DNA of 63,366 nucleotides, filler included, from Choristocarpus tenellus KU-1152 (Eukaryota; Protista; Phaeophyceae), in the NCBI GenBank assembly GCA_964200185.2. It is 11 parts of 11 records of this genome, joined end to end, with 100 filler letters (N's around TTAATTAATTAA, not from the genome) between each part and the next. Parts side by side here need not be neighbours in the genome. Positions count along the whole stretch, not along the records: positions 45,232 to 53,506 come from CAXNAD020004907.1; positions 53,607 to 59,170 come from CAXNAD020010410.1; positions 59,271 to 63,366 come from CAXNAD020016244.1; 8 more parts are not named here. The stretch is one strand, 5' to 3'. How positions within the stretch are numbered: position 1 is the first letter of the stretch; every line of letters starts with the position of its first letter. A program made the translations under genes and the position numbers. Of this stretch, positions 52,347 to 63,366 are shown one piece after another. Below the pieces are notes generated by a model. That model was not told where the DNA came from and made no database searches. It saw only the letters and a list, made by a program, of their open reading frames with translations.

Positions 52347-53396
52347 AAAAAAAAACGGGATTTGACAGCTCCTTTCCTAACGTAACCTCCCACATACTTA
52401 CTACTCTGTTCGGAATTAAATGTGACAAATAATAATGCAGCTGTAACGAGGAAGTAAGATTATTTTTCGCATGTTTTGTGCAGATACTAAAAGATTGCAC
52501 ACCAAAATCTCAAGCAAAATGGGGCAGCCTACACTGATCTATGATTGCACCCTTGAAGACCTCCGAAATTCTATTCCAGCACGAAATTTTGGTGCATCGA
52601 TTGGGGTATTCAAGGGTAGCTTGCCTATGTTCTCAGTCATTTACTTCCTAACATGGGGGATTTTGAAGACACTTGTCACTTTTAGACCCCAGCACTTCGC
52701 CGTAGACTGAGAAGAGGCGTTCCAGATATGCTCTAGTGTCTCCAGGGGAGTACACATAGAACACCTCCATTGTGGCCTCCACCTGCTCATCTGTGTTGGT
52801 CACCCCCACATTTCCCTTCAGTTGCTGGATAGAATAAGAGAATCCCAGGTTGATATTGGGATCAGATGAGTTGGCTGGCTGGGTCTCCATGACAATGTCA
52901 TCCCCCGCCGCCTCCTCAACCGCCTCCATCGTCATCCCCTAGTGTGTAGCTCTACCCCGTCCTGCTACTGAAAGATGGTTTCTCCTTCCAGCCTAGGTAT
53001 GCAGACCTTAACTGTCGGAACATCCTCAATCTTGAGCTTCTTAATACCTCTCACCATCCACCGTGGCTCGCACAAGCATCTTGGTGCCCTTGGGGCGGTG
53101 CTTGCTGGAGTGTTGAGTGACCTTAGTGTCCACAATTCCAAACGGAGGAAGTTTTATTTTGTGCCCACTGCACACATTCATTTGGACTACAAATATCAAC
53201 ACAATATGGTATGCTTATGTCAATACCAAAGGTTGAGAATATTGTGAACAATCATGTAGTTCTCCATATAATGGTAGGCCGCTATAATGAGAACAGTCAG
53301 CTACCGAGTATCCTAAATCATCTTCATTTGGGGGATCCCATATCATTTGCCATCCTAAACATTATGCACAAAAAATGTAAACTGTGTCGCTCTTCG

Positions 53397-53506
53397 CTTC
53401 AAATAGTTGAATAAGGGTACCTGTACAATTTATACTCTACTTCAAATAGTTGAATAAGGGTACCTGTACAATTTATACTCTACTTCAAATAGTTGAATAA
53501 GGGTAC
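53397..53506. repeat. 43-bp perfect tandem repeat (2.5+ copies, truncated by gap)
   Basis: CTTCAAATAGTTGAATAAGGGTACCTGTACAATTTATACTCTA at 53397, 53440, 53483. Confidence 0.9.
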
Positions 53507-54364
53507 NNNNNNNNNNNNNNNNNNNNNNNNNNNNNNNNNNNNNNNNNNNNTTAATTAATTAANNNNNNNNNNNNNNNNNNNNNNNNNNNNNNNNNNNNNN
53601 NNNNNNTCTTGGGCCCCCCACCCACCTACAGGTGCCCCCTACCACCCCATCCTGCGCAACAAATGCACGAAGCACCCATTGACGCTGTTGCCCAAACTTC
53701 CCCTTAAGTCTAGGGTCAGATTTCAACAGAATCAAGGAAAGAAAGGCCAAGGAAAAAATATCTCTTCCTGTACTAGCTGATCAAACAAAACCCTCAACCA
53801 GACAGCAGCATGCCAAGCCAATCAGTGACACGAGCAGACCCTGATCGGAGCAGAACTCAGACCCTGACTATCAGTAATGATCGGATCAGAACTCAGTATA
53901 ACCCGTACCTCAGTTAGATCTCAAACTTAGGGTTAGGGATGCGTGCGGTAACCCAAAACCTAACATTACAACCATGGCAGAAATTTGACCCAGGGTGAGT
54001 CAACACGGCATACGGTTCTCCGTCAGATCCGGAACAGTAATCCCAATAACTCCAGCCAAGTCCACACTTTTGATCCACCTGACCAAACCAACCAACCAAT
54101 AACTTGGTGAGCACAACAACCACCCGACGCTCTCGTGCAGCTTCTGCTGTACTTCAAAAATAATAAAATGTAGGACTGCCAAAAATAATAAAACTCATTG
54201 AGGGAACCCCCCCCCCCCCCAGCGATCGAGATTGTAAAGACCGCTATCGATTGCTCCTGCAGAGTACTACCAACAGCTAATCTCCTGTACACAGAAAACC
54301 ATTACACCCCGCAGCACAACACCACTGCTGCACATTCGAAAGACAGAAGCAAGGCATTGCACAC

Positions 54365-57300
54365 CTCTTGGTCAGGTCGGTGGCCTTTCCTGCCCACGGG
54401 TCTTGGCCCTTGATCCACTCCATAAATACCTCCGCACAGTCTCCATCCCACAGCGTGCCGTCGGCGTCAAACACGGCGAGAGGAGCCCCTGCTCCGCCAT
54501 CAGCATCCGATAACTTTCCACTCACCAACCGATTCAAAGATCGGCGAACCTGTTGTGCGTATCACAGGCAGCACCCAGGCATGATCGCACGTAAGTGATC
54601 CAACCCATACAAGATGCCAGAAAAAGGGCAAATAAAAAAACCAGTATTTAGTAGTAGTAGTAGTAGCAGAGGATACCGACCACCCCCCTGGCCCATGTCT
54701 ACAATGGACTAACCCAATAAAAAAAAAGAAGCAGAGGAAGAAAGAATGCCTACAACGCACCGTGCAAAACTGTCATAGTGCACACTACTGGATTCTGTTT
54801 TAGCAGTGTGTTCCCTGGCTGCTTTGTATATACTCAGTCCAAGTACAAGGCTTTAGAACCTCGGTTCAAAATGTGAACAGAGTTGGAACCGCAAGCATTG
54901 AACTCTTGTTCGGCAACGGTTGATTCCATCTCGGACCTTACATCACTACGAAGGTGTAGTGTAGTCCTCCTCCATCAAAAGATGATACTTTTCCTGACAC
55001 CTTGAACTACACCTTGTATTTGAAAGACTCAGCATCTTCTCGGAGGGGGAAACTTGTACCTCTCTCAATTTTTTCAGCTAGAACCTTAGAGAAATGCCCC
55101 ACATACCTGGTGGATAGTGGTGTAGACCATATATAACTTGACTGTACCTCTCACCTCTGGTTCCCAGCGGTCACTCCACTGTACGCTCTGACTGCCATCT
55201 TCCTTGCATAAGCCCTCCCCATACGCCATGATCTCCTCAAGGTCAGCTGTTGTTTCTCCCAACGTGGGAGGGGGCTTGGCAAGCTCTTTCAGCGCAATAG
55301 GTGGTAGAACAAATGACGCCGAGTGAGCTTCTGGACTGTAGAACACAAGGTCATGCCTACACACGAGGAGCACATCACAGAGCAAGGGTCACTGTACAAG
55401 AGCAAGGAGCGACGATCAAAAGTTGGTGTCTTCTTTAGCTACGTTTGCAATTACTCAGGCCTGGTTTGGGACAACAGACTATTTAGTTCTTAAATATTCA
55501 CTCTTTTTTCTTTGCTAAGTAACATGTGCTTGCAAATTTTCACTGTCCAAGTGGTTGCCACAAGTAGAGAGTCCCTGAAATGCTTGGAGTGGTGGAGTTG
55601 GCGATGCATTTCCCGGAAGCAGCAAGGCAAGTGATCAAGGCATCGAGAACATCAGCACGAGAATATCCAGTCACCAGAAATAGAACAATGGCCTCGGGGC
55701 AGCGCATGGTAAGGCATCAAACAGGTACATGCAGCTCTAAGTAAGTTTGTGGAATTGTATGCTGGGTAGGTAGAATCGACCTGTACAGGGACACACCTTT
55801 TGCAGAGGTTACTTGCTTTGGCAGAATCAACATCAGAAGGATCATCACCCAGTGTGGCTATCTGGAGGTTCCACAACCCACCCGGGTACACTGCTGTGAA
55901 GCTGGGAAGTGGGGTAGAAAATAGGACAAATGATGAAGTGGATACACGTGGATGAGAAACAGTGGGCCCCTGAATAGGCACGTGGATAAACACCGCATAC
56001 GCTCAGGAAACATCAAACTAGGCAAAAATGGTACAACCACAACAACAGCGTAAAATAAGAAAGCAGAACCATATTAATAACAGGCAACAATCTGGAGTGG
56101 CATTCTGTTACAGAAAAAAGGACACTATATAGATAAACATCGAAACAAATATGGAACAGTGACTATGTTCCTCACACTCCGTGGTACTCTTACTACACTA
56201 CTGCCCACACCATTGACTCACCACTGAATGGGGACGACAACGGGGAAGGACTTCCGGAGCCCATGATAAACTGTTCGGAAAACCTTCGGCAGGTACCAGA
56301 ATGAACCTCCTTGGACAGCCACAGCCCCCTTAGGTCGAATTCGATGACGTAGTAAGGCGTAGAACTCATCACTGTAAAGTGCTGCACCTGGTCCAACAGG
56401 ATCACTGGCGTCAACCACAATCAAATCATAACCTTCACGACTCTCGTCTGCCAGAAAAGCAACGCCATCTTCCGCCCTAACGGTTAGCCGTGGGTCAGCG
56501 TCAAGCGGTATGTGATTGCCAGGCACCGAGTCTGGGTGCCTCCATATGCCTGGCATGTATTCTTTTGATGCTCGCATTACCTTTAAGGACAGAAGAAACA
56601 AGGACATCAGCTGCAGTGTCTTCCTTCCAATGATAAGTTTGGTCCACAAGTGTTTCATATTGTGGGTCTATTGCACCCTTTGACTGTTTGTCTCGTACAG
56701 AAAATGTGAGGTAAGATGAGGACGAGGGCTGCTATTGGAGTAGTAGAGGTTAGGAATAAGCCAGAGGAATGCATTGCCATTCACGCTAAGCAACAATACC
56801 ACATGAGGGAAATAATAGGTACCGCAATTGATACCATCAGAGAGAGGATCGGGTACCCCAACCAAAGAAAACAGCCTTGTCCTAGATGTGTCAATGTGGG
56901 GACTCCATCTTAGTTAAAAACATCTTATTCTCACGCTTCCTTCACCTCCGCATCGATATCGACGAGGTCGACGGTGGCAACATCTTGGTGGCGAAGAATC
57001 TCGCGGGCTGCCCCCCCATCTCCACCCCCAATGATGAGGGCCCTCTTTCCCTCACCATGGGCGACTCCACTCCTGCAGAGCGGCACATGCGTAATCATTT
57101 CGTGGTATCCTGCCTCATCGCGTTCGGCGCATTGCAGGGCATTATCGAGCACCAGCAAGCGTCCCATGGCAGAGGTCTCAAACACCTGAAATGAGTCATG
57201 TTGGTCGGAGGTAACCGAGGACATACATCTGGCGGACTATGTCACCACATTCTATTGGGCTTCAATCCAACAATCTTCCACTCAAAGTGGCACCTATGGA

Positions 57301-57721
57301 CTGACAGCTGAAACAATAAAGTCATCCAAAGTTAGTATTTGATAGGGTCAAGGGCACAACCAAGACGTCACAGGTTTAGTGAAGTTCGGAGGGTGCAGCA
57401 CCTCAAACTAGGACAATCGGGCCATACCTGTACATGCTGAAAGACGCTCCTGACGTCGTGAACGATCTCTCCGACGCTCACCGAGAAAAGTACGCCACGA
57501 TCCCATGGATCAGTAACCCACCTGCGGTCGGGGGAAAGACCCGACCGGGCTACAGCAACAGTTCCTGTAACTTCTCCTTGGACATTTTCGACGCTGAGAA
57601 CGTGTGGCTTTCGGCTGGGAAGATGTAGTAGAGTAGGTTGCACAGCAGCACTAATGAAGCACCAGATGGAATCAATGCTGCACAGAACTACAACGACAAA
57701 GAAGGGTCTCGTGTTGGTCAT
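54365..57721 (-). CDS. speE: Spermidine synthase-like aminopropyltransferase fused to a HAD-superfamily phosphatase domain; exons 57721-57428, 57185-56946, 56580-56222, 55901-55797, 55356-55155, 54549-54365 (3' end unresolved)
   Basis: LVLDNALQCAERDEAGYHEMITH, LIIGGGDGG, VDIDAEV, IVVDASDPVGPG, YPGGLW, YSPEAHSASFVLP; then AVFDADGTLWDGD (HAD motif I); five phase-consistent GT-AG introns. Confidence 0.88.
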
Positions 57722-58027
57722 GATACTAGGTATTGCACAGAATACACCACACCTCTCACATCGTCTTAAAACATCATAAACTATTGTTGTTTGAATTATT
57801 CGGCCCTGGGAGGAGCTCTGGGCCGTAACATGTGTCAATGTATGTTTGTGAACCACAAAAATTGGCTTTTGTCCAATAAGAAAAAGTAGACGATGTGAAA
57901 GATTTTTTATTGATCCACCCATCTACATAAAAGATTGGAGGGTGGAGTGTAGAGGTGTGGAGGTGTGGATGTGGGGCAATGCAACACCACCCCTCCTTCT
58001 TTGCACAACTTAATGTATTTACCGAAA

Positions 58028-58803
58028 ATGGGGAGAATGGGGGGCCGGAAGCATAATTACTACGCGTTAGCCGTGCTGACGGTCTTAAATGTGATCAACT
58101 TGTGGCACCGTTATTTGATCGTGAGTTGGACATCGGACAATCTCTTACACCGTTGCACCAGCTTCTTTCCTGTCCCGACCGTCCTCATGGTTTTGAAAGA
58201 GAACTAGAATGGTATCTAGATATTTGACCTCAATATCCTTTCTATTGGGCGGGGCATGTGTCAATGGATGCCGGTTGTACCCGAAACTTGGATTGTAGTT
58301 GAAACTCTTGGATTTGTGTCCACGACCAGAATGGAGGAAAACTGGGGAATAGTTCTGGCAATACTCCCTTATCCTGACCATTTCGTTCAAAATGCTGCAT
58401 CAATCCCAACCTCCTGTGCTGCAGTACAATCTTGCAGCCGTGTCAATCGACGAGTGCTCTGACCCATGCTCTGGCGTCTCGTTTCTCCCACTCTGCAATG
58501 CTGGCGAGGTGAAGTTGTGGTTCCATTACCAGGCCCACATCCCCCCTGTCTATATGTTGCCAAAACTTTGCGAGGGTTTGTTTCAACTATGTAGATTCCG
58601 AAGTCACCGCCACGCTTCTTTGGGCTACTGGTGTGTTATGTTCTTGTCCTAAGCTTTGCTATTGAGATTGTGTAAGAGGTTCTGCTTGTGGTTGTCATTT
58701 TCGGTTTATGCCTGGGCACTGATAAATTATAAGCAACGTTGGATATGTACTCTATTGCACAGGAATGTAGCACCCACGAATGCCAGCAATCAAGTGATGT
58801 TCG
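58028..58803 (+). CDS. MFS transporter (spinster-like), 5' part with a Cys-rich first loop; exons 58028-58120, 58425-58508, 58763-58803
   Basis: YYALAVLTVLNVINLWHRYLI resembles TM1 of spinster-type MFS; canonical splice sites; truncated by contig end. Confidence 0.55.
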
Positions 58804-58979
58804 GTGGGAAGTCTTCTTTGAAATTCGTTGCTGATACGATAGCAAGTGCGCCATGGCGCACTAGGTTGGTGTGGTAAATGACCAGTGCTTCAAATGCTTA
58901 CGCGTCAACTTTGAACTTGCCATATGAACCCTGTTGGACGTAATAATCAAGTGCATAAGTGTTGGAAAGTTATCCTCGA

Positions 58980-59132
58980 GGGTCAAAGTATCTGAGGGGG
59001 TGGGATGGTTTGTGAGGGGGCGTCCGTTTCGGTCAAACTCTTTTTTTTGCTGACATTTCAAATCCGACACGTGCGACCAAATCACACCAAAAAAGTTTAA
59101 AATCGAAAAAAGGGTGAAAACGGACGCCAACC

Positions 59133-59170
<38 letters not shown>
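58980..59170 (+). mobile_element. MITE family A-related subfamily copy
   Basis: Same TIR GGGTCAAAGTATCTG and internal ATCCGACAC.TGC.ACCAAATCAC; otherwise diverged; ends in a C tract at the gap. Confidence 0.65.
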
Positions 59171-59618
59171 NNNNNNNNNNNNNNNNNNNNNNNNNNNNNN
59201 NNNNNNNNNNNNNNTTAATTAATTAANNNNNNNNNNNNNNNNNNNNNNNNNNNNNNNNNNNNNNNNNNNNCCCCCCTTTCTCATATGTGCTGGTGATCTC
59301 TCATCACTACCCCACTTTTAACATGAACTCTAAAATGTGCATCAAGAAATTAGTTAAGTTCAACACACAGTTTACAGCACATCATCTTTAACTATTTGGA
59401 CGCAAAAGAACTCCTCTTACTCCTGTAACAAACATGACGGTGTCAAACATTGCTTCAACTGGCAGCATGACATGGGAGTATGGTACAATGACATGCAGTA
59501 TGGCACAGCACAGTCCAGGATAGTGCCATGTAGTGCAATAACTGCAGCAGCATACTCTTCATTCCAGTAAATTGCAGAGGATAGCAGTCCACTATCGTAT
59601 CACAATGTCAAGGGTACA

Positions 59619-59843
59619 CTAACCCTAACCTTAAGTGAAAGGTGCACGACTGTTAAGGGTTAGGGTTAGGGTTAACACAGAACACTAATGCACCACACCA
59701 AAAAAAGGTACCACCGTCATGCACAGCTTGTAAGGGTCTTGTGAGGTTAGGGTTAGGGCTATCATACCATGTGAAGCCTCTCAATTATGCAAACCCTCAA
59801 CCCTAACCCTTACCCTCACCCTAACCCTAACCCTAACCCTAAC
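59619..59843. repeat. Interstitial telomere-like (TTAGGG/CCCTAA)n tracts in both orientations
   Basis: Direct reading; intronic in Miro. Confidence 0.8.
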
Positions 59844-59849
59844 TCTTGC

Positions 59850-61104
59850 CTTAGTGTGGTCCTGGATAAGGGGCAGCCAGAAGGTGCACAGTCGATCGAA
59901 AGTCTCTGAACGCTCTGCGTCATAGACAAGGACGATTGAGTCCGCTTGCAACATCTTTTCGATGAGCTTGTCACGATTTCTGGGGTGTGCTACACTCATG
60001 GTGTTTAAACAGGGTGGGGGGGTCGGGAAATGGATTGTAAAGGGTAAGGCTGAGCTATTCTGGCAGTAGAGTAGGTGGTTTCAACCCAGCAGTATCTATT
60101 CCGATGTGTTGGAGTGTAGGTAGAGCAACATAGGAATTGGGCTACCGTCAGGGTTAGGGCAAGCATCAATGTTAGGATGGGAGAACATGCTCTTGCAGGC
60201 AAAATGTTAAAAAAAAATCAAAAAGAAGAAAGGGGAACTTAGCAGTGTTGCAACTTTGAGGTGGACAGGGTTAGCAGTCATAAGCAGGACTGGTAAGGGG
60301 GAGGGGGGGCACCTGATGAATCGCTAATGGTGCAATGGACGTTGTCGTCGCTCTCTTCTGGAGGGATGTGAACATCTGTCATCACCGAAGGAACCTTTGT
60401 GGGAAGTGAGAGGGGCAGGGTGGGGAAGCCAGACTACGTCGTTCATGCATCTGATCCTTCTTGGAGATGCAAGCTCTGGTGCTGGGGGTGTTGAGAGCAA
60501 ACCGTGCTTCTGAGGTCTCGAGACGAGTTCAATGAAATGCAGGAAACTAGGGATTGAATGGAAGGGGGCTAATTATTTCTGGGATTTACTCTCCAAGGAA
60601 CTAGCGACTGGGAAGATGGCACAACTTCGAGATGTGGATAAGGTGCCATATTCTCGGATAAGACTCTAACAAAGACCCAGCATTGAGGCTGTAACCAGTG
60701 AAGCTGGGGGAGCGATATATTCTCTTCCTGTTCATTCTAAGTAACATTCACATTAACGAAAAACCATGCAGTCATGTCCGACGACGGACTTTCTTATAGG
60801 GAGAAATCAGCGAGATGCGAACACGTTGTTTGGTGCTTTGGGGGTTGCAGGGCATATAACACCTCATATTCACCTGCTCCGAGAAATGACGCGCAACCAA
60901 AGTGCTAATGAGACTCGACTTCCCCACTTGCTCTGTGAGTGATAGGAGAAGGAAGCAAAGGAGAGTAGTAGAAGAGTAAACTGGTTTGTACTGGACATGG
61001 TTCTTCCTGGTGTGGACTTCATCAAACCTCTCGAAATTCAAAATTGATTACTTACCGTCTCCACAGACAAGGACATGCACGTGACCCTTCCTATTGGTAA
61101 CCAT
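59850..61104 (-). CDS. MIRO: Mitochondrial Rho GTPase (Miro), 5' part; exons 61104-61056, 60932-60874, 60394-60313, 59989-59850
   Basis: VLVCGDEQVGKSSLISTLVARHFSEQVPSV...TISDSS...ADSIVLVYD...TFDRLCTFWLPLI; phases consistent. Confidence 0.92.
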
Positions 61105-63304
61105 AATACGCTGCAGATTCGGCACGCAACCGGTGCCGCTTCCCTTGCTTATATAGCTTGCAAAGTCGTTGAGACTTAGGTGTTTGGTGAATGTGGGGGT
61201 GTTAGTTGTAGAACAATGTTGCATCATGTTGATGTAATTGTCAAAAATTATATATTATCGGCAAGTTATAACCCCCGATTTAATCAAAGATGAGAGGTAG
61301 CGATGGACGCACAAGTGTATATCTGTGAAATCTCTGTACGTTTACTTCAGTCAAATACACTATTTGATGCTGTTCACTCCATCCAAATATATCTACTCCA
61401 AAACAAGAGAATAACGTGACGAACCAACCTTATCGCTGCGACCTGTATGCATGACGGTCAGGAGGAACGTCAATATGAGTTAGGTTGGTGTGAAGCGAAA
61501 CGCATCGAAGATTCCGATATCCAAATTTCTGATATATCAGCATTCAGGTTAAGGTCGTTAAGGGAAAAGGTTTGTAGTGGGTAATCTCCATATATACTAT
61601 CTCTAGGTTTTTATTTAGTCTACAACATGTAACATCCTCTACCCGTACTAATCCACACCAAAAACATATGGCGCGTTGTACAACGCTATGTAAATGCTCA
61701 CAACACCCTAGCCCAAAACATCAACAGCATATGTCGCATTTGTTTTGCTCACGAATTCTGGATTATTATGATTTTATTCTATGTTTGCATTCCTCCCTAT
61801 TCCCTTTCCTCCCCACATTCTATCAACCCTTGTGACCAACCAGTGCCTCTTACTACAAAATATAATGCTGTGAAATTATGTTTTGCTGTATGTAATAGTT
61901 TGTGTTAATTATGGCGTGTGCACTAGCGTGGTTGGTTATCTGCATTATTTACAATATCAACGGAAGGAAACCATAGAACATCTGGATTTGCCGTCGCACA
62001 TGCCATCATCGCTATAAAACAATTGAAGCAGACACAAAGCACGCCAGGACAAAACACTTGATGCACTTCTGCCTGTCAAGTCTGCCGATACTAGTGTGAT
62101 ACGTCCTATTTCATTCTCCGTTATGACTGAAGAAACCAGCACAGAAACGTATGTTGGCTCCATGGATGTTGATGTCGCCCCAGAATGTTGAGATTCTGTT
62201 TGTCACTTCCACCATGAGTAGCATCTTGACCTCCGTCACACCAGTGGTTCTCACGACGCGTAGCAACAGGATTTTCTCATTGGCAATGCCTGACGTTATC
62301 AGCATAGCGACCGCTTCCTTTTAATCTCTTGATGGATTTGTGAAGTCCAAGGTGCTGGCAAAGAACGAGACCCATTCGACAATGTATGACTGGGGCGTGT
62401 AAGCTGATGTATCCGAAAGTGTGCAACCTCAGCTTTGTACCATTTTTTCGCTTCAGAAGAATGCAAGCAAGACGAAAGTTTCTAGGGACTACTTCATTAT
62501 GACTAAAAAGAGCAACAGTTCCCCTCTCCTGCCAAGAATCATCGCAGGGGAAAGCATGTTATCCACGGCCACAAGTCTGTGGTTCGGAAGGAGGTGTGAG
62601 TGAGTGGTGGGTGTGAAACCTCCCGAAATAATATCCTAACAATTGATTCAGTAATAAGAACAAGCCAGGTTCTAGAATACGCTATGCTGTATTTGAATTT
62701 TTTGGCGAGTGGTGCGCTACATATGTTGCCGTCCTAGAGTGTGACTTCTGCATTGCTGTGTAATTGGTGTCTCATAGAAGAGGACCTCAATGGATCAAGA
62801 TGAAACGGACTGAGACTGTGCTCCTTTGTTGCGGGGAGTACAATTTCATTCATTGAGAAGCTTGAGGAAGGGAGGCCAATCGGTGTCTGATTGCCGTAAA
62901 GACTAATAGAAGCTATGGGCTGTGCAAGGACTGTACATCGACAGTCCCTCAGAATAAACAAATTGAGTACTTCGATACACGTGAGTTTGATTCTGATGAA
63001 GAACATACTTGTCATTAATTCTGTGAGATTTAGAACCTACAAAAGTGTGTCAAGTGGATATACGTAACTTAGGGTTGCAGGTGGGACTGGCTTGCTTCAA
63101 CCATTTGATCAGTGGGGAAGCTCAATGATGAGGCAGTTCCTCCTTAGTCCTGGTTCAGAAAGAAACACACTTCACCCAGAGTACCAGGGTTTATACTGGT
63201 ATGTTCATCTGGTGCTCCTACACTGCGGTTGTTAACATTTGTAGTACAACAACAGTGGATCTCTTGTTGGGCACTCAGTGTAGCAGTAAAAATAATCAGT
63301 ATCT

Positions 63305-63366
63305 GACTCAAAATATCTGGAGGAGGGGGGGGGGTCTAGACCTGGGTGTCTATTTGGGTCAAAATC
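63305..63366 (+). mobile_element. MITE family A left end (truncated by window)
   Basis: GACTCAAAATATCTGGAGGAGGGG...TCTAGAC..GGGTGTCTATTTGGGTCAAAATC. Confidence 0.7.

Noticed and set aside
54000-54292. Seventh exon of the SpeE-HAD gene
   Set aside because: Phase-compatible acceptors exist (~54284, ~54078) but none yields recognisable HAD motifs; left unresolved
59781-59849. RVRVRV repeat in the Miro ORF; true telomere
   Set aside because: Intronic (TTAGGG)n read-through; short, internal and in mixed orientation
61957-62603. Coding-like ORFs upstream of Miro (also 52648-53150 and 7052-7282)
   Set aside because: Stops or no recognisable motif or splice model; cannot support a call
1-63366. 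tRNA/rRNA genes, prophage or giant-virus insert
   Set aside because: No recognisable signatures by eye; tRNAscan-SE/Infernal would be needed to exclude small RNA genes

Overview
Eukaryotic, intron-rich draft genomic DNA, not prokaryotic. Eleven contigs are joined by an artificial N-TTAATTAATTAA-N spacer (stops in all six frames), so adjacency across spacers is not biological evidence. Gene content (a bipartite plastid-targeting-like N-terminus, a flagellar PPIL6-like gene, TTAGGG repeats, long introns) suggests a photosynthetic, flagellate-stage stramenopile such as a brown alga or relative (inference). Hand-spliced gene models: multi-EF-hand protein fragments, PPIL6-like, a putative plastid membrane protein, CHID1-like GH18, cytosolic-type malate dehydrogenase, Maf, the VPS41 C-terminus, Miro GTPase, an MFS transporter and two orphans. 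The most notable gene is a signal-peptide-bearing spermidine synthase spliced in frame to a HAD-phosphatase domain, head-to-head with the MFS transporter. Intergenic and intronic space holds a dispersed ~177-bp MITE family, relics of hAT, Tc1/IS630-like and pogo/Tigger transposons, nested Copia LTR elements, hairpin elements and microsatellites. One EF-hand appears split between exons on opposite strands. All family calls come from motif recognition by eye; no searches were run.
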